A stretch of DNA of 64,000 nucleotides from contig JAHJKL010000042.1 of the NCBI GenBank assembly GCA_018822365.1, positions 1,077 to 65,076 on the forward strand. Reading direction: 5' to 3'. The translations under genes were made by a program, and so were the position numbers. Below, one piece after another: positions 18,547-29,014 of the stretch (positions are counted from its first letter, which is position 1; every line of letters begins with the position of its first letter). The notes beneath the pieces are model-generated. The model saw only the letters and a list, made by a program, of their open reading frames with translations, was not told the origin of the DNA and did not search any database. This DNA is from Candidatus Margulisiibacteriota bacterium. GTDB lineage: Bacteria; Margulisbacteria; WOR-1; O2-12-FULL-45-9; XYB2-FULL-48-7.

Positions 18547-20401
18547 AATTAAGTTGCCGGAAGCGCTCCGGGAGCTTTCAACCAAGCAATTAGAAGATCT
18601 CTCCTTGGAAATAAGGCAAAAGATCATTGAGGTTACCTCCCAAAATGGCGGACATGTCGCTCCCAGCCTGGGGGCGGTAGAAATAGCGGTTTCTCTCCAT
18701 GCCTCCCTTAATAGCCCTCAAGACAAGATCATTTGGGACGTCGGGCATCAGGCGTATGCCCACAAGATCCTGACCGGGCGCCTAGCCAGATTCCAAACCC
18801 TGCGCCAGGAAAACGGTCTTTCCGGTTTCCCGAACATTGAAGAGAGCCCCCATGACCCATTTACCGTTGGCCATGCTTCGACCTCTATCTCCCAGGCGGT
18901 CGGGCTGGCGCACGCCCGCGACCTGGCAGGGGAAAAACACCATATTGTGGCGGTGATCGGCGATGGATCGCTCTCCGGCGGCCTCGCCTACGAAGCGATC
19001 AACAACTCGTCGACCCTAAAAAGCAACATGATCGTTATTCTCAACGATAACGAGATGTCGATCTCCAGGAACGTTGGCGCTCTTTCCAATTATTTGACCA
19101 AATTCTCGACCAGCGGCGCTTACGTTGAACTGCGCAACCGGATCGAAGGGATCGTCAAGAAGATCCCGCGGGTCGGGGTTCCCCTTTTTGACGCCGCCAA
19201 GACCTTGAAGGACAGGACCAAACACATTGTCGTCAGCTTCAAGGTCGACGTTATTTTTGAACAGTTGGGTTTCAAATATTTTGGACCGATCGACGGCCAC
19301 AATATTCCGCTGATCATGAGCACCCTTCACCACGCCAAGGATATCCAGGGACCGGTCCTGATCCACGTCATCACTAAAAAAGGGAAGGGGTACCTGCCGG
19401 CCGAAAAAGAGCCGACCCGTTTTCACGGGACTGGACCGTTCGATATTAAAACCGGCGCCGCTCAAAAAAGCGATGGGCCAAAAAGCTATACTGCCGTTTT
19501 TGGCCAGACAATGGTCAAAATGGCCAATGCCGATCCCAGGATCATTGGTGTCACCGCCGCTATGATCGACGGGACCGGTTTTGAAGATTTCTGCCAAAAG
19601 CACCGGTCGCGATTTTTTGACGTTGGTATCGCCGAAGAGCATGCCGTCACTTTTGCCGGAGGGCTGGCCAGGGGGGGATTCAAACCATTTGTCGCCGTCT
19701 ACTCGACTTTTCTGCAACGCGCTTACGACGAGATCGTTCATGACGTCTGCCTGCAAAACCTGCCGGTCGTCTTCGCGATCGACCGGGCCGGGATCGTCGG
19801 CGAGGACGGAGCTACCCACAATGGCATTTTTGATCTGGCCTTTCTCCGCTCGCTTCCAAACATAGCGGTCATGGCCCCTAAAGATGAGAACGAATTCCAG
19901 CAGATGCTTTACAGCGCCAGTCAGGCTAAGGGACCGGTCGCTATCCGTTATCCCCGGGGGAGCGGCATAGGCGTCGATCTGAATAGCGAGTTCAATGAAC
20001 TGCCGATCGGACAGGGAGAGATCGTTTATAAAGGCAAAGGAGAGAAAGGAAAGGTCGTTGTTTTTGCTATCGGTTCAATGGTCTACCCGGCAATTGAAGC
20101 GGCCAGGATCGCCGAAACCGAAGGGAAAAAAGTTACGGTCATTAACGCCCGCTTCGTTAAACCGCTTGACCGTGAACTTATCCTGAAGGAAGCAAAAAAA
20201 GCCGAGAGGATCGTCACCGTTGAAGAAGGGGTCCTGGAAGGGGGCTTTGGTTCCGCCGTCCTGGAATTATTGACCGAAGAGAGGCTGAACAAACCGGTCA
20301 AGCGTCTTGGTTTCCCTTCAAAGTTCATTGAACACGGCAAAAGAGCCGATATCCTTGAAAAATACGGTCTCTCCACGGACAAAATCGCCCGATCTTTATA
20401 G
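18527..20401 (+). CDS. dxs: 1-deoxy-D-xylulose-5-phosphate synthase
   Basis: TPP-binding GDG...N motif, transketolase-like domains, and full length. Confidence 0.95.
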   Translation: MSTLLDKIKLPEALRELSTKQLEDLSLEIRQKIIEVTSQNGGHVAPSLGAVEIAVSLHASLNSPQDKIIWDVGHQAYAHKILTGRLARFQTLRQENGLSGFPNIEESPHDPFTVGHASTSISQAVGLAHARDLAGEKHHIVAVIGDGSLSGGLAYEAINNSSTLKSNMIVILNDNEMSISRNVGALSNYLTKFSTSGAYVELRNRIEGIVKKIPRVGVPLFDAAKTLKDRTKHIVVSFKVDVIFEQLGFKYFGPIDGHNIPLIMSTLHHAKDIQGPVLIHVITKKGKGYLPAEKEPTRFHGTGPFDIKTGAAQKSDGPKSYTAVFGQTMVKMANADPRIIGVTAAMIDGTGFEDFCQKHRSRFFDVGIAEEHAVTFAGGLARGGFKPFVAVYSTFLQRAYDEIVHDVCLQNLPVVFAIDRAGIVGEDGATHNGIFDLAFLRSLPNIAVMAPKDENEFQQMLYSASQAKGPVAIRYPRGSGIGVDLNSEFNELPIGQGEIVYKGKGEKGKVVVFAIGSMVYPAIEAARIAETEGKKVTVINARFVKPLDRELILKEAKKAERIVTVEEGVLEGGFGSAVLELLTEERLNKPVKRLGFPSKFIEHGKRADILEKYGLSTDKIARSL

Positions 20402-20448
20402 ACCAAAAACTGAAATTTTCCATTTTTTTCATCGAAGACGTTATAGCC

Positions 20449-21333
20449 ATGTCATTTATAAGCAAACCGGTCCCGCCCGCTCTTTTAGGACCAAGGCCTA
20501 ATGGATCTTATCAACAAATAGGGGGAGCCGAAAAAAAACAAACATTATCTCGCCTGCAAAAATTGCGGTTGGATTTCCCGTCTCCTGGAGAACAACTTAC
20601 TCCTGTTGCCAGAAGAAAAATCGATGAAGCCTATGACATTTTTGTATTTGAAAGCGTCTTTGAAAGCAAGCCCCCTTTAATAATGTATTATTTTGCGGCG
20701 CGTATTGCTGAATGCAAGTTTTTTCTTGGTGATACTAAGAAAGCTCTTGATCTGCTAACAATGATTGAAGGAGGGATCAAAGGTCTGCTTAATAATGACG
20801 AACGGAGCGATTTATTGCTTAGAGTTATCGAGATTTATCGCAAAAATAACCTCTTTGATGAGGTGGCTCGCGCGACTGAATTAATTGAAGATCAACATAC
20901 TAAAATTGAAACTCATTTTCAAACCGTTGAGTATTTTGGCTCAAGTGGGGAAATCGTCCTTGCCATCAGAGTAATCAATCAATACATCTGCCCAGCGGCA
21001 GAAAAACAAGAAGACAAGAAAGAAAAAACGGCCATACTACTTACAGCCGCCCGTCTATTAATCAGGTTCAACCTGAAGCTTGATGCTAAAATAATCCTGA
21101 AAAAAGCCGCTGAACATCTAAATGGCATGGATTATTTACCCTTGGAAGAAATCGCTGTTTTACTGGCTAATATTGGGTATTTCGATGATGCAGTTCATTT
21201 ATTAACCGATAATTGGTTTCACGAGTCTATTCTTTCTGGTAAAGGAATTGATCCTACTAGTATCAGGGAAACTATTATTAAAACCAGATTTCCATTGTTT
21301 GCTCAAACCTGGGAGCAGTTTGCCCGCCGCTAG
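20449..21333 (+). CDS. hypothetical alpha-helical protein
   Basis: A long ORF, noticeably AT-rich compared with its neighbours. No recognisable motif. Confidence 0.45.
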   Translation: MSFISKPVPPALLGPRPNGSYQQIGGAEKKQTLSRLQKLRLDFPSPGEQLTPVARRKIDEAYDIFVFESVFESKPPLIMYYFAARIAECKFFLGDTKKALDLLTMIEGGIKGLLNNDERSDLLLRVIEIYRKNNLFDEVARATELIEDQHTKIETHFQTVEYFGSSGEIVLAIRVINQYICPAAEKQEDKKEKTAILLTAARLLIRFNLKLDAKIILKKAAEHLNGMDYLPLEEIAVLLANIGYFDDAVHLLTDNWFHESILSGKGIDPTSIRETIIKTRFPLFAQTWEQFARR

Positions 21334-21354
21334 CTTTCATGTTATATTTTACCT

Positions 21355-22920
21355 ATGTTGACAGATATTGAGATCGCCCAACAAGCCAAACTTAAAACGA
21401 TCAATGAGATCGCCGGCAATGCCGGGATCGACCGGAATGATATAGAACTGCACGGCTGTTTTAAGGCCAAGATAAATCTTGACGCTCTAAAAAAGAGAAA
21501 AAAGAACCGGAGCGGCAAATTGATCCTGGTCACCGCCATGACCCCGACCCCACAGGGGGAAGGAAAGACCACCACCACCATCGGCCTGGCCCAGGCCCTC
21601 CGCAAGATCGGGAAAAGATCGATCGTTTGCATCCGCGAGCCGTCGCTCGGCCCGGTCATGGGAATGAAGGGAGGGGCGGCCGGCGGAGGTTATTCTCAAG
21701 TCCTGCCGATGGAAGATATCAACCTTCACCTGACCAGCGACATCCATATGGTCACCTCGGCCCACAACTTGCTGGCTGCTATGCTCTATAACCATATTTA
21801 CCAGGGAAATGAACTGCAGATCGATGAACAACGGATCGTCTGGCGCCGGGTGATGGATATGAACGACCGTTCTCTGCGCGGCCAATTTGATATTACGGCT
21901 TCATCGGAAGTCATGGCTATACTTTGCCTTTCCACCAGTTTAACTGACTTAAAGGATCGCCTGGGCCGGATCATTGTTGCTTATGATAAGACCGGCAAGC
22001 CGGTCCGCTCCGCCGATCTTAAAGCGCAAGGGGCAATGGCCCTTTTGCTTTGGGACGCTTTAAAGCCGACCCTGGTCCAGACGATCGAAGGATCACCGGC
22101 CTTCATCCACGGCGGCCCTTTTGCCAACATCGCCCATGGCTGCAATTCCCTGGTCGCCACCCAGCTGGCCCTTAAATTGGCCGACTATGTGGTCACCGAA
22201 GCCGGGTTTGCCAGCGATTTGGGAGCGGAAAAGTTCTTTGACATTAAGTGCCGGGTCGGGAACCTCTCTCCGTCGGCTTCGGTCCTGGTCGTCACCAGCC
22301 AGGCGATCCAGCGGCACGGCTATGAGAACGTCGCCAAGCATGTCGAGAACCTCCATCAGTTCAACGTGCCGGTCGTCATCGCCATCAACAGGAAAGTAAA
22401 TGACTCACCGGAAGAACTGGCTGAAATCAAAGAAGAGTGCGAGCGCCTGCATGTTCCGGCGATCGTTTCCGATGTCTGGGCCCTGGGGGGAGAAGGCGGG
22501 AAAGAGCTGGCAAAAATGGTCCTGAAGGCGATCGACAAAAAACTTACCTATAAACCGCTCTATCGCCTGGAGCAATCGATAAAAGATAAGATCGAAAAGA
22601 TCGCCCAGGATATTTATGGGGCGGCCGGAGTGGCCTGGACCGACAAGGCGACGACCGATCTCGCCTTTCTCAAACAGCTGGGGATGGACCATTTTCCGGT
22701 CTGCGTCGCCAAGACCCAGTATTCATTGAGCGATGACCCAAAGCTATTTGGCACCCCAAAAGATTTCAAGGTCACTATCAAGGAGCTCAAGCCCTCGGCC
22801 GGAGCCGGGTTTATTGTCGCTTACGCCGGCGAGGTCATGACCATGCCTGGGCTCCCCAAACATCCGGCCGCCGAGAATATGGACATTGACGAAGAAGGGA
22901 AGATCGTCGGTCTGTTCTAG
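21355..22920 (+). CDS. fhs: formate--tetrahydrofolate ligase
   Basis: P-loop TPTPQGEGKTTTTIGL and full FTHFS length. Confidence 0.9.
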   Translation: MLTDIEIAQQAKLKTINEIAGNAGIDRNDIELHGCFKAKINLDALKKRKKNRSGKLILVTAMTPTPQGEGKTTTTIGLAQALRKIGKRSIVCIREPSLGPVMGMKGGAAGGGYSQVLPMEDINLHLTSDIHMVTSAHNLLAAMLYNHIYQGNELQIDEQRIVWRRVMDMNDRSLRGQFDITASSEVMAILCLSTSLTDLKDRLGRIIVAYDKTGKPVRSADLKAQGAMALLLWDALKPTLVQTIEGSPAFIHGGPFANIAHGCNSLVATQLALKLADYVVTEAGFASDLGAEKFFDIKCRVGNLSPSASVLVVTSQAIQRHGYENVAKHVENLHQFNVPVVIAINRKVNDSPEELAEIKEECERLHVPAIVSDVWALGGEGGKELAKMVLKAIDKKLTYKPLYRLEQSIKDKIEKIAQDIYGAAGVAWTDKATTDLAFLKQLGMDHFPVCVAKTQYSLSDDPKLFGTPKDFKVTIKELKPSAGAGFIVAYAGEVMTMPGLPKHPAAENMDIDEEGKIVGLF

Positions 22921-22961
22921 CTTTTACTGAAATAATTAGTTATATAGTCCGATAAAACTGC

Positions 22962-23402
22962 ATGATCAAGCCCGTTTCATTTCAAACACATCCGTCTTTT
23001 GTCTTGCGCAGGGCAAGAGGGATTTTTGCCTACGAAAAAACCATGCGTGCGCTGCGGCAAAAGATCCTGGACGGCAGTTTTAGGCCGACTTACAATCGCG
23101 ATACAGCTAATTTTAACTTTCGAGAAATGCTCTTAAGGCCTTATGAAAATGGAAAATACTGCGTCCATTTGCCGAAATATTTTGATGAATGGCAGGATTT
23201 ATTTGAAGATATTTTCCGAAAAATGAATTTTAGCCGTGAAGTCGTAGTCGGGCGTGAAAATTTGACCGGCAATCGATTTCCGCCAAATATCAGGCAAATC
23301 CATTCACATATTATCCGCGACCAATTGGTTATCCTATCCATCCTGGAAAATTGGCTTTATTATAATAAGGACATTTTAAATGACTTGGTCAATAATTTTT
23401 AG
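22962..23402 (+). CDS. hypothetical protein
   Basis: An AT-rich ORF between fhs and folE. No motif recognised. Confidence 0.4.
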   Translation: MIKPVSFQTHPSFVLRRARGIFAYEKTMRALRQKILDGSFRPTYNRDTANFNFREMLLRPYENGKYCVHLPKYFDEWQDLFEDIFRKMNFSREVVVGRENLTGNRFPPNIRQIHSHIIRDQLVILSILENWLYYNKDILNDLVNNF

Positions 23403-23417
23403 TGGTATAATTACATA

Positions 23418-23975
23418 ATGATCAACAAGAAAAGGATAGAAAAAGCGGTTAAAGAGATCCTGTTGGCGATCGGAGAAAAACCTGATCGCGAAGGGATAAG
23501 CTCGACCCCCAAGAGGGTCGCCGAGATGTACGCCGAACTATTTTCCGGCCTCCATGAAGATCCCGCGCATCATCTAACAACCTTTAAGCAAGGTGAACAC
23601 GAAGAGATGGTTATGCTTAAAGAGATACCATTCTACTCAATTTGCGAACATCATCTTGTTCCATTCTTTGGGAAAGCGCATGTAGTATATATACCAACCA
23701 AAGGGAACGTCACCGGACTCTCCAAGCTGGTCAAGGTAGTGGAGGGGTTCGCCAAGCGGCCGCAGGTCCAGGAACGGCTGACCAGCCAAATTGCCGACTG
23801 TCTGATGGCCAAGCTCAAACCGCTCGGCGTTTTAGTGATAATCGAAGCCGAGCACCTCTGCATGTCGATGCGTGGGATAAAAAAGCCCGGGACCAAGGTC
23901 ATTACTTCTGCGGTCCGCGGTGTATTTGAAAAAGACGCCAAAGCCCGCTCGGAAGCACTTTCGCTTCTAAAATGA
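23418..23975 (+). CDS. folE: GTP cyclohydrolase I
   Basis: Motifs CEHHLVPF and GLSKL...QERLT. Confidence 0.9.
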   Translation: MINKKRIEKAVKEILLAIGEKPDREGISSTPKRVAEMYAELFSGLHEDPAHHLTTFKQGEHEEMVMLKEIPFYSICEHHLVPFFGKAHVVYIPTKGNVTGLSKLVKVVEGFAKRPQVQERLTSQIADCLMAKLKPLGVLVIIEAEHLCMSMRGIKKPGTKVITSAVRGVFEKDAKARSEALSLLK

Positions 23976-24637
23976 AAACCGTTTCCAACCGGCAGCTGGA
24001 TCTGTTTGCGGTTATTTTTCTCTTGCTCTTTTTTTTAACCAACTTCTCTTACGCTAAAGAATTTGCCGTCACCATTGACCTTTGTCCTTCTCACAAGCCT
24101 TACGAAGCCAGACTGTTCAATTATCTTGACCATCTTGGCAAAAAATTAGGCAGACCGCTTCCTGTTGGGGTGAGTGTTTCCGGGAAATGGATCAGGCAGC
24201 ATCCCAGGGAGCTGGAAAAGATCAAAAAGTGCTATCTCGACATTACCTGGATCAACCACTCATTGACCCATCCGATAGCCAACGATTTTCTCAACAATCC
24301 GACCGTCAACTTTACCCAAGAAGTTATGGGAAATATATATTTGATGAAGGCTAACGGCCTATCTCCATCAATATATTTCCGTTTTCCCGGGCTTCGACAC
24401 AGCTCAGTAAGGCTGGCAGAACTTAAGGCGTTAGGCTATCGCAAACTTGATGCCGATGCCTGGCTCGCTAAAGGGAAAAAGATCAAAGACGGTTCAATTG
24501 TCCTGGTCCATGGAAATGGGAACGAGCCGAAAGGAGTAACTATATTACTTCGTTATTTAAGAACTCAGGAAAATGATATATTAAATGGAAGGATAAAAGT
24601 GGTAAATTTCAGGGAAATAAATACTAATAATATATAA
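23972..24637 (+). CDS. secreted polysaccharide-deacetylase-like protein (tentative)
   Basis: Signal peptide; His/Asp-containing motifs ([23 protein letters not shown]) reminiscent of NodB/YibQ-like deacetylases. AT-rich. Confidence 0.35.
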   Translation: MKTVSNRQLDLFAVIFLLLFFLTNFSYAKEFAVTIDLCPSHKPYEARLFNYLDHLGKKLGRPLPVGVSVSGKWIRQHPRELEKIKKCYLDITWINHSLTHPIANDFLNNPTVNFTQEVMGNIYLMKANGLSPSIYFRFPGLRHSSVRLAELKALGYRKLDADAWLAKGKKIKDGSIVLVHGNGNEPKGVTILLRYLRTQENDILNGRIKVVNFREINTNNI

Positions 24638-24653
24638 GCCATTAGTACAAATA

Positions 24654-25358
24654 CTATTTTGCCATTTCCTTCAATTTATCATTTATCTCGTTAACTTTAT
24701 CCCCGATCTCACCGATCAGGTCGTTTGAGCTGACGGACACATGTTTAGAGTAATCACCCCGGGATACAGCCTCCAGCACCAGGTTGATCTCAACTAATGG
24801 GCGCAAAAACATAGTAATGATCATCCAGGATGAGGCAAGGATGAAGATTAAGCTCAAAATACTTAGGCTGGCCGACCAAGCAATTGTTTTTTGAATATCG
24901 GACCTATATTGCGCCAATGAAAACCCGATCTTAAGCGAGCCAAATTCCTGGTCGTCATTATTAATAGGGAAGGAACGGATAAACTGGTCATGGCCAAAAT
25001 AATCCATATTGGGCGTATTTGGGAAACTATCCATTTTCCCTTCCAGTTGCGGTTCCGAAGAAAAAACAATATTGCTTTCCGGATCAACTACTATGACAAA
25101 ATCGACCAGCGGCTGCCTGGTAGTGGTCTCCAGAAGGAGCATTGTTCCAACCTGGTCTTTGTTGATTAATTTAGGGAGCAGCTCCGTCGAGAGAATGTTC
25201 CCAATAGATTCCATCCGGAAAAGTGTCCGGCTTTGGATAGCTCCCTCAAGGATCATAACCCGATTGATCGCCAGGACAAGGAAACCTATCGTGCTGACAA
25301 GAAATATGACCAGCAAAAGTTTTTCTCTAAGACCAAGTTGCCATCGGAAATTACTCAT
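24654..25358 (-). CDS. membrane sensor protein: periplasmic domain, TM helix and a HAMP domain, with no output domain
   Basis: N-terminal TM, roughly 130-aa extracytoplasmic segment, a second TM, then HAMP-like amphipathic helices. The ORF ends there. Confidence 0.5.
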   Translation of the reverse strand: MSNFRWQLGLREKLLLVIFLVSTIGFLVLAINRVMILEGAIQSRTLFRMESIGNILSTELLPKLINKDQVGTMLLLETTTRQPLVDFVIVVDPESNIVFSSEPQLEGKMDSFPNTPNMDYFGHDQFIRSFPINNDDQEFGSLKIGFSLAQYRSDIQKTIAWSASLSILSLIFILASSWMIITMFLRPLVEINLVLEAVSRGDYSKHVSVSSNDLIGEIGDKVNEINDKLKEMAK

Positions 25359-25537
25359 TTGAGGGATATATTATATCTTCTACAATTATTATTCATATCA
25401 ATAGCGAAAACTTTTAACTATCTTGAGCGGATCATTAAGAAGAGTTTTTTGGTTATCTTTATTGCTAGCATAACCAGAGAAGCTGGTCATCTTAAGCGGC
25501 TGTTCCCCCTCATACTCCATCCGGCGACCAAAAAAGC

Positions 25538-25713
25538 TAATTTGTCTTTAATATCTTTTTATGGGCCTTCTTTCCTTTTTTTCTGACAATCTTATGCTCG
25601 TCACAGCATTTTTCCATCATTTTAGGCATGATCTTGGCCAGGCCAAGCAGGGAAGCGGCTCCGGCAACGGCCCCAAGCAGTCCGGCGATCAAGTAGCCTT
25701 TTTTATCCCCCAT
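25538..25713 (-). CDS. small membrane protein (58 aa) with a Gly-zipper TM segment and a Lys-rich tail
   Basis: Translated by hand; it is absent from the ORF track because it is under 60 aa. GGAG RBS. Confidence 0.3.
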
Positions 25714-25733
25714 TTTTTCACTCCTTCAATAAT

Positions 25734-26006
25734 TCAATCTTTTCCCCAGAACTTGTCGGCTTCCTTCTCCATTTTCTCCAACCGATCATAATAATCGGGA
25801 AATTCGTTCAGATGAGCAAGGGCGATCTTGCCAGTTACAACCGGGTCATCATTGGTCACATTGGTCGAAGGATCAATTAAACCATGCTCCAATTCAACAT
25901 CCATCCCTTGCTTGAATTGGTCAACGTCAAACTTATCCCATTTAATTCCGATCGATTCACCGATCTTTTTCGCTTCTGCTTCGCTAAAATGCTTTTTATC
26001 TGACAT
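25734..26006 (-). CDS. hypothetical small acidic protein (DUF-like)
   Basis: An ORF 11 bp downstream of the CPBP gene on the same strand. Confidence 0.4.
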   Translation of the reverse strand: MSDKKHFSEAEAKKIGESIGIKWDKFDVDQFKQGMDVELEHGLIDPSTNVTNDDPVVTGKIALAHLNEFPDYYDRLEKMEKEADKFWGKD

Positions 26007-26017
26007 TTCAATTCCTC

Positions 26018-26821
26018 CTAAATATGATTACCTGCCAAGGGGAGCCTGCCTCGCTGTCTCCAGAAAAAAACAGCAAGGGCAATAAAAATGACCGCAAGCA
26101 CCAATCCTGATTCACCTAGCATATACTTTGAAAGGGGACCGGTCGGAAGGGTTAATGGATCGTACAAGCGTTGAAGATAAAGATTGTGGCTGGCATGCAT
26201 CAAAACTGCTGCCCAGACACTCCCCGACCTAAGCCGAAGCCAGCTGATAGGGAAGGTCATGGCGGTCACCGTCACCACCAGGAGTAAAAGCTGGGGGAGC
26301 ATCGGCATGCTGGCCAGATAGACCCCGGAGATAATGAGAGGGAAATGCCAAACCGACCAGATCAGTCCGGTGATCAGGCAGGTCGAGGTGTAATTGAAAT
26401 GCTTGTATAACTGCGGCACCAAATATCCCCGCCAGCCGATCTCTTCTCCCGCGGCAAAAGCAACGTTTATCAATGTACCCATTATCACCAGTTTGAAAAG
26501 ATCAAAATGATAAGCAGAGTTGAGCGCTCCCCAACCGGCCAGCCAAATCACACTGTAAGCCAGACCGCCGTATAGAAAAGGAAGAGCGTAAGCGGCAAGC
26601 AGCCAGCGCGCCTGGACGGTCCCCAAACCAAGCCCTTTAAGGCTTTTTTCGTGGATCAGCGAAGTAATAATCCCTGAAAGGGCAGGGGACCACATTAAAT
26701 AGAACATGATCAACAAAGGATTAAGCCCCAGCGCCTTGGCGTTGATTATAAGATAATAACCAATAGAACTAAGCAGGAAAACAAGAATCATATATGTAAT
26801 GATGCCTGATCTGTTTTTCAT
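26018..26821 (-). CDS. CPBP-family (CAAX/Abi) intramembrane metalloprotease
   Basis: Motifs EEIGWR, FxxxH (SVWHFP) and HASHN, with about seven TM helices. Confidence 0.75.
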   Translation of the reverse strand: MKNRSGIITYMILVFLLSSIGYYLIINAKALGLNPLLIMFYLMWSPALSGIITSLIHEKSLKGLGLGTVQARWLLAAYALPFLYGGLAYSVIWLAGWGALNSAYHFDLFKLVIMGTLINVAFAAGEEIGWRGYLVPQLYKHFNYTSTCLITGLIWSVWHFPLIISGVYLASMPMLPQLLLLVVTVTAMTFPISWLRLRSGSVWAAVLMHASHNLYLQRLYDPLTLPTGPLSKYMLGESGLVLAVIFIALAVFFWRQRGRLPLAGNHI

Positions 26822-27012
26822 GGATGTATTCTCCCATCAGCCTCTTTAAGTGTCAACCATAGGGAATTAAAGGTTGAACGAACAAATGTTCTACTCTGTA
26901 CAATAAACCAAGCCTTTAAAAGTCCGCTGGTGTAACCGCCCGACTGCATCTGCCAGGTGTTTTCCAGCGAGGCTGAAAATCCGTTGGCGATCAGCACCGT
27001 AAACTGCCTCAT
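26818..27012 (-). CDS. small basic protein (64 aa), translationally coupled on both sides
   Basis: ATGA overlaps with both the D-aminoacylase stop and the CPBP start. It exactly fills the 187-bp gap between them. Confidence 0.35.
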   Translation of the reverse strand: MRQFTVLIANGFSASLENTWQMQSGGYTSGLLKAWFIVQSRTFVRSTFNSLWLTLKEADGRIHP

Positions 27013-28631
27013 AAAACGCCGCCGCGGCCACCCCGTTTCCCGGTCAGTTTGCCATGGTCGATCTCCAGTATGCCGTTTACCAGCAGATATATTATGCCGT
27101 CAGAATAAAGGCTCCGCTCCACGTAAGTAGCGTTTTCTTTAAGTTGATCAGGATCAATGACTGCGATGTCCGCGTAATTGCCGGTTTTGATTTCACCCCG
27201 GCCTTTTAACTTGAACTTTTTGGCCGGCAGGGAGGTCATGGAGCGAATCGCATCCTGTACGGTCATCAACTTTTCTTCCATTGCGTACTTCTTGATTTTT
27301 CTCGGGAAACAGCCAAAGAACCGGGGATGTGGAGATTGCTCCGGTACGAAAACAGTAAAACCATCAGAAGCAGTAAAAACGTAGTCATGTGGCATGATCT
27401 CCCGGTTGATCTTGTCGCTGATCTCCTGAAAAAGTGCGTAGGGGGCCGGTTCCAAGCAGGAAAGTTCGACATAGACCTCAGCCGGGTGCTTACCTTCCAT
27501 CGCCGCTATTTCCATAATGCTTTTGTTGCGGTATTTGGCAGGACCATCGGTCAGACTGATCTTTTCCGGGCCAAGGAAAGCAAATATTTTTTTGGTAGCT
27601 GCTATCATCTCGGCCTTGCCAGCTGGATTCTTATATTTTTCATTCACGCCGGTGCCAGTCTTATATTTATCTGGCAGGCGGTAAGAGAGGACGGCATATC
27701 CGGTGTCATAAGGATGCTGGTCAGCGGTGATGTCCACCCCTTCGGCTCGAGCCTGCTCGATCAGTCCCAGCATCTGTTTTGACGTGACGTTCTCCCAGGG
27801 AAGGTTGAGCTGGATATGTGAGATGTGCACGGGTATCTTGGCCCGCTTGGCGATCTCAATGGTCTCCCTGATCGAAGCTAATTCTCCCGGCCCGGTCTGG
27901 TCCCTGATGTGGGCGTCGTAAAGACCCCCGTATTTGGCGACTACCTTGGCCATCTCGACCAACTCATCCGTGGTGGCAAAACAGGTAGGCGCGTATTCCA
28001 GTCCCACGGTCAGCCCGATGGCGCCGTTTTGCATCTCTTTTTCCACCTGCCCTTTAAGCTTCTCCATTTGTTCTCCGGTCAGGGTGGTTGGCTGGTCATT
28101 CCCAAAAAGCCGCATCCGCAACATACCGTAGGGGATGAGGTGGTACACATTGCTGGCAAACTTTTGGGATTCGACCAGCTCCAGCCACTGTTTTGTATCC
28201 CAAAAACCCGCGCCGCATAAACCGGTCACTATGGTGGTCACCCCCTGGGTCGAATAATTATGGTTATTCCGCCACGCCTCATTGATCATGGAGAAATCGT
28301 CCTTTTTGCCCGACATTAATATGGCCATGAGCAGCCCCAAGTCCGTATGGTTATGGCAATCGATAAAACCGGGGGTAACGATCAGGCCCTTTGCGTCAAT
28401 CGTTTCTCTGGCCGATCCGGGTAAGTCCATACCGATCGCGGAAATCACATCTCCTTTGATCGCAATATCTTCCGTGACTGCTTCGGTTGTGCTGCCGTCA
28501 TAGACCAGGCCCCCTCTGATCAGGATGTCATATGTATAGGAAGAGTTGATGATATATTGAGTTAAAAAGATAGAAAGTAAAACGATGAAGATCACTCCAG
28601 CTGGCCAAAGAAACAATTTTATTGCTTTCAT
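27009..28631 (-). CDS. N-acyl-D-amino-acid deacylase (D-aminoacylase) family amidohydrolase with an N-terminal membrane anchor
   Basis: Metal-binding PGFIDCHNHTD, an amidohydrolase fold (about 540 aa), and an N-terminal TM helix. Confidence 0.75.
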   Translation of the reverse strand: MKAIKLFLWPAGVIFIVLLSIFLTQYIINSSYTYDILIRGGLVYDGSTTEAVTEDIAIKGDVISAIGMDLPGSARETIDAKGLIVTPGFIDCHNHTDLGLLMAILMSGKKDDFSMINEAWRNNHNYSTQGVTTIVTGLCGAGFWDTKQWLELVESQKFASNVYHLIPYGMLRMRLFGNDQPTTLTGEQMEKLKGQVEKEMQNGAIGLTVGLEYAPTCFATTDELVEMAKVVAKYGGLYDAHIRDQTGPGELASIRETIEIAKRAKIPVHISHIQLNLPWENVTSKQMLGLIEQARAEGVDITADQHPYDTGYAVLSYRLPDKYKTGTGVNEKYKNPAGKAEMIAATKKIFAFLGPEKISLTDGPAKYRNKSIMEIAAMEGKHPAEVYVELSCLEPAPYALFQEISDKINREIMPHDYVFTASDGFTVFVPEQSPHPRFFGCFPRKIKKYAMEEKLMTVQDAIRSMTSLPAKKFKLKGRGEIKTGNYADIAVIDPDQLKENATYVERSLYSDGIIYLLVNGILEIDHGKLTGKRGGRGGVL

Positions 28632-28640
28632 TGCGTTTTC

Positions 28641-28901
28641 CTATTTACCCCGATCGAGGAGCCAGTTATAAATGGCCGCGACCAGCCAGCCGCCGATCCC
28701 CGCGTCACAAAAAGCCCAGATCGTGCCAACCAATGTGCCAACCGGGGTCGCTTTATACCCAATATATAATGAACCTATCCCTTTCACCAGGCCCAACCCC
28801 CAATGAAGATAGTCACCCATAATACCGAGACAAAGAACCGCTCCCCCCCAAACGATCGCCAGGGTCAAACCGAATTTTACCGCGTCAAGTTTCATGATCA
28901 A
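28641..28901 (-). CDS. small membrane protein (2-3 TM)
   Basis: A hydrophobic ORF 10 bp upstream of the aminoacylase start on the same strand. Confidence 0.4.
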   Translation of the reverse strand: MIMKLDAVKFGLTLAIVWGGAVLCLGIMGDYLHWGLGLVKGIGSLYIGYKATPVGTLVGTIWAFCDAGIGGWLVAAIYNWLLDRGK

Positions 28902-29014
28902 TCACCTCTTGACGGATATTTTGCCACCTTAATATTAGAGTGTCAACGGGGATACATTGTCGAAGTGTTTGCCGCCTTGCTTTTAATCTGGGAAAGTATA
29001 AAATATATGCGCAT

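Noticed and set aside
19016-19819. 267-aa antisense ORF inside dxs (and similar shadow ORFs at 30565-31041, 52812-53228, 62621-63202)
   Set aside because: Each lies entirely within a well-supported conserved gene on the opposite strand. Such shadow ORFs are common when codon position 3 is GC-rich.
26818-27012. 64-aa ORF as a class II double-glycine bacteriocin precursor
   Set aside because: A GG motif is present, but the leader lacks the conserved hydrophobic/Glu spacing, and the mature part is basic and non-hydrophobic. It is kept as a coupled small ORF of unknown function.
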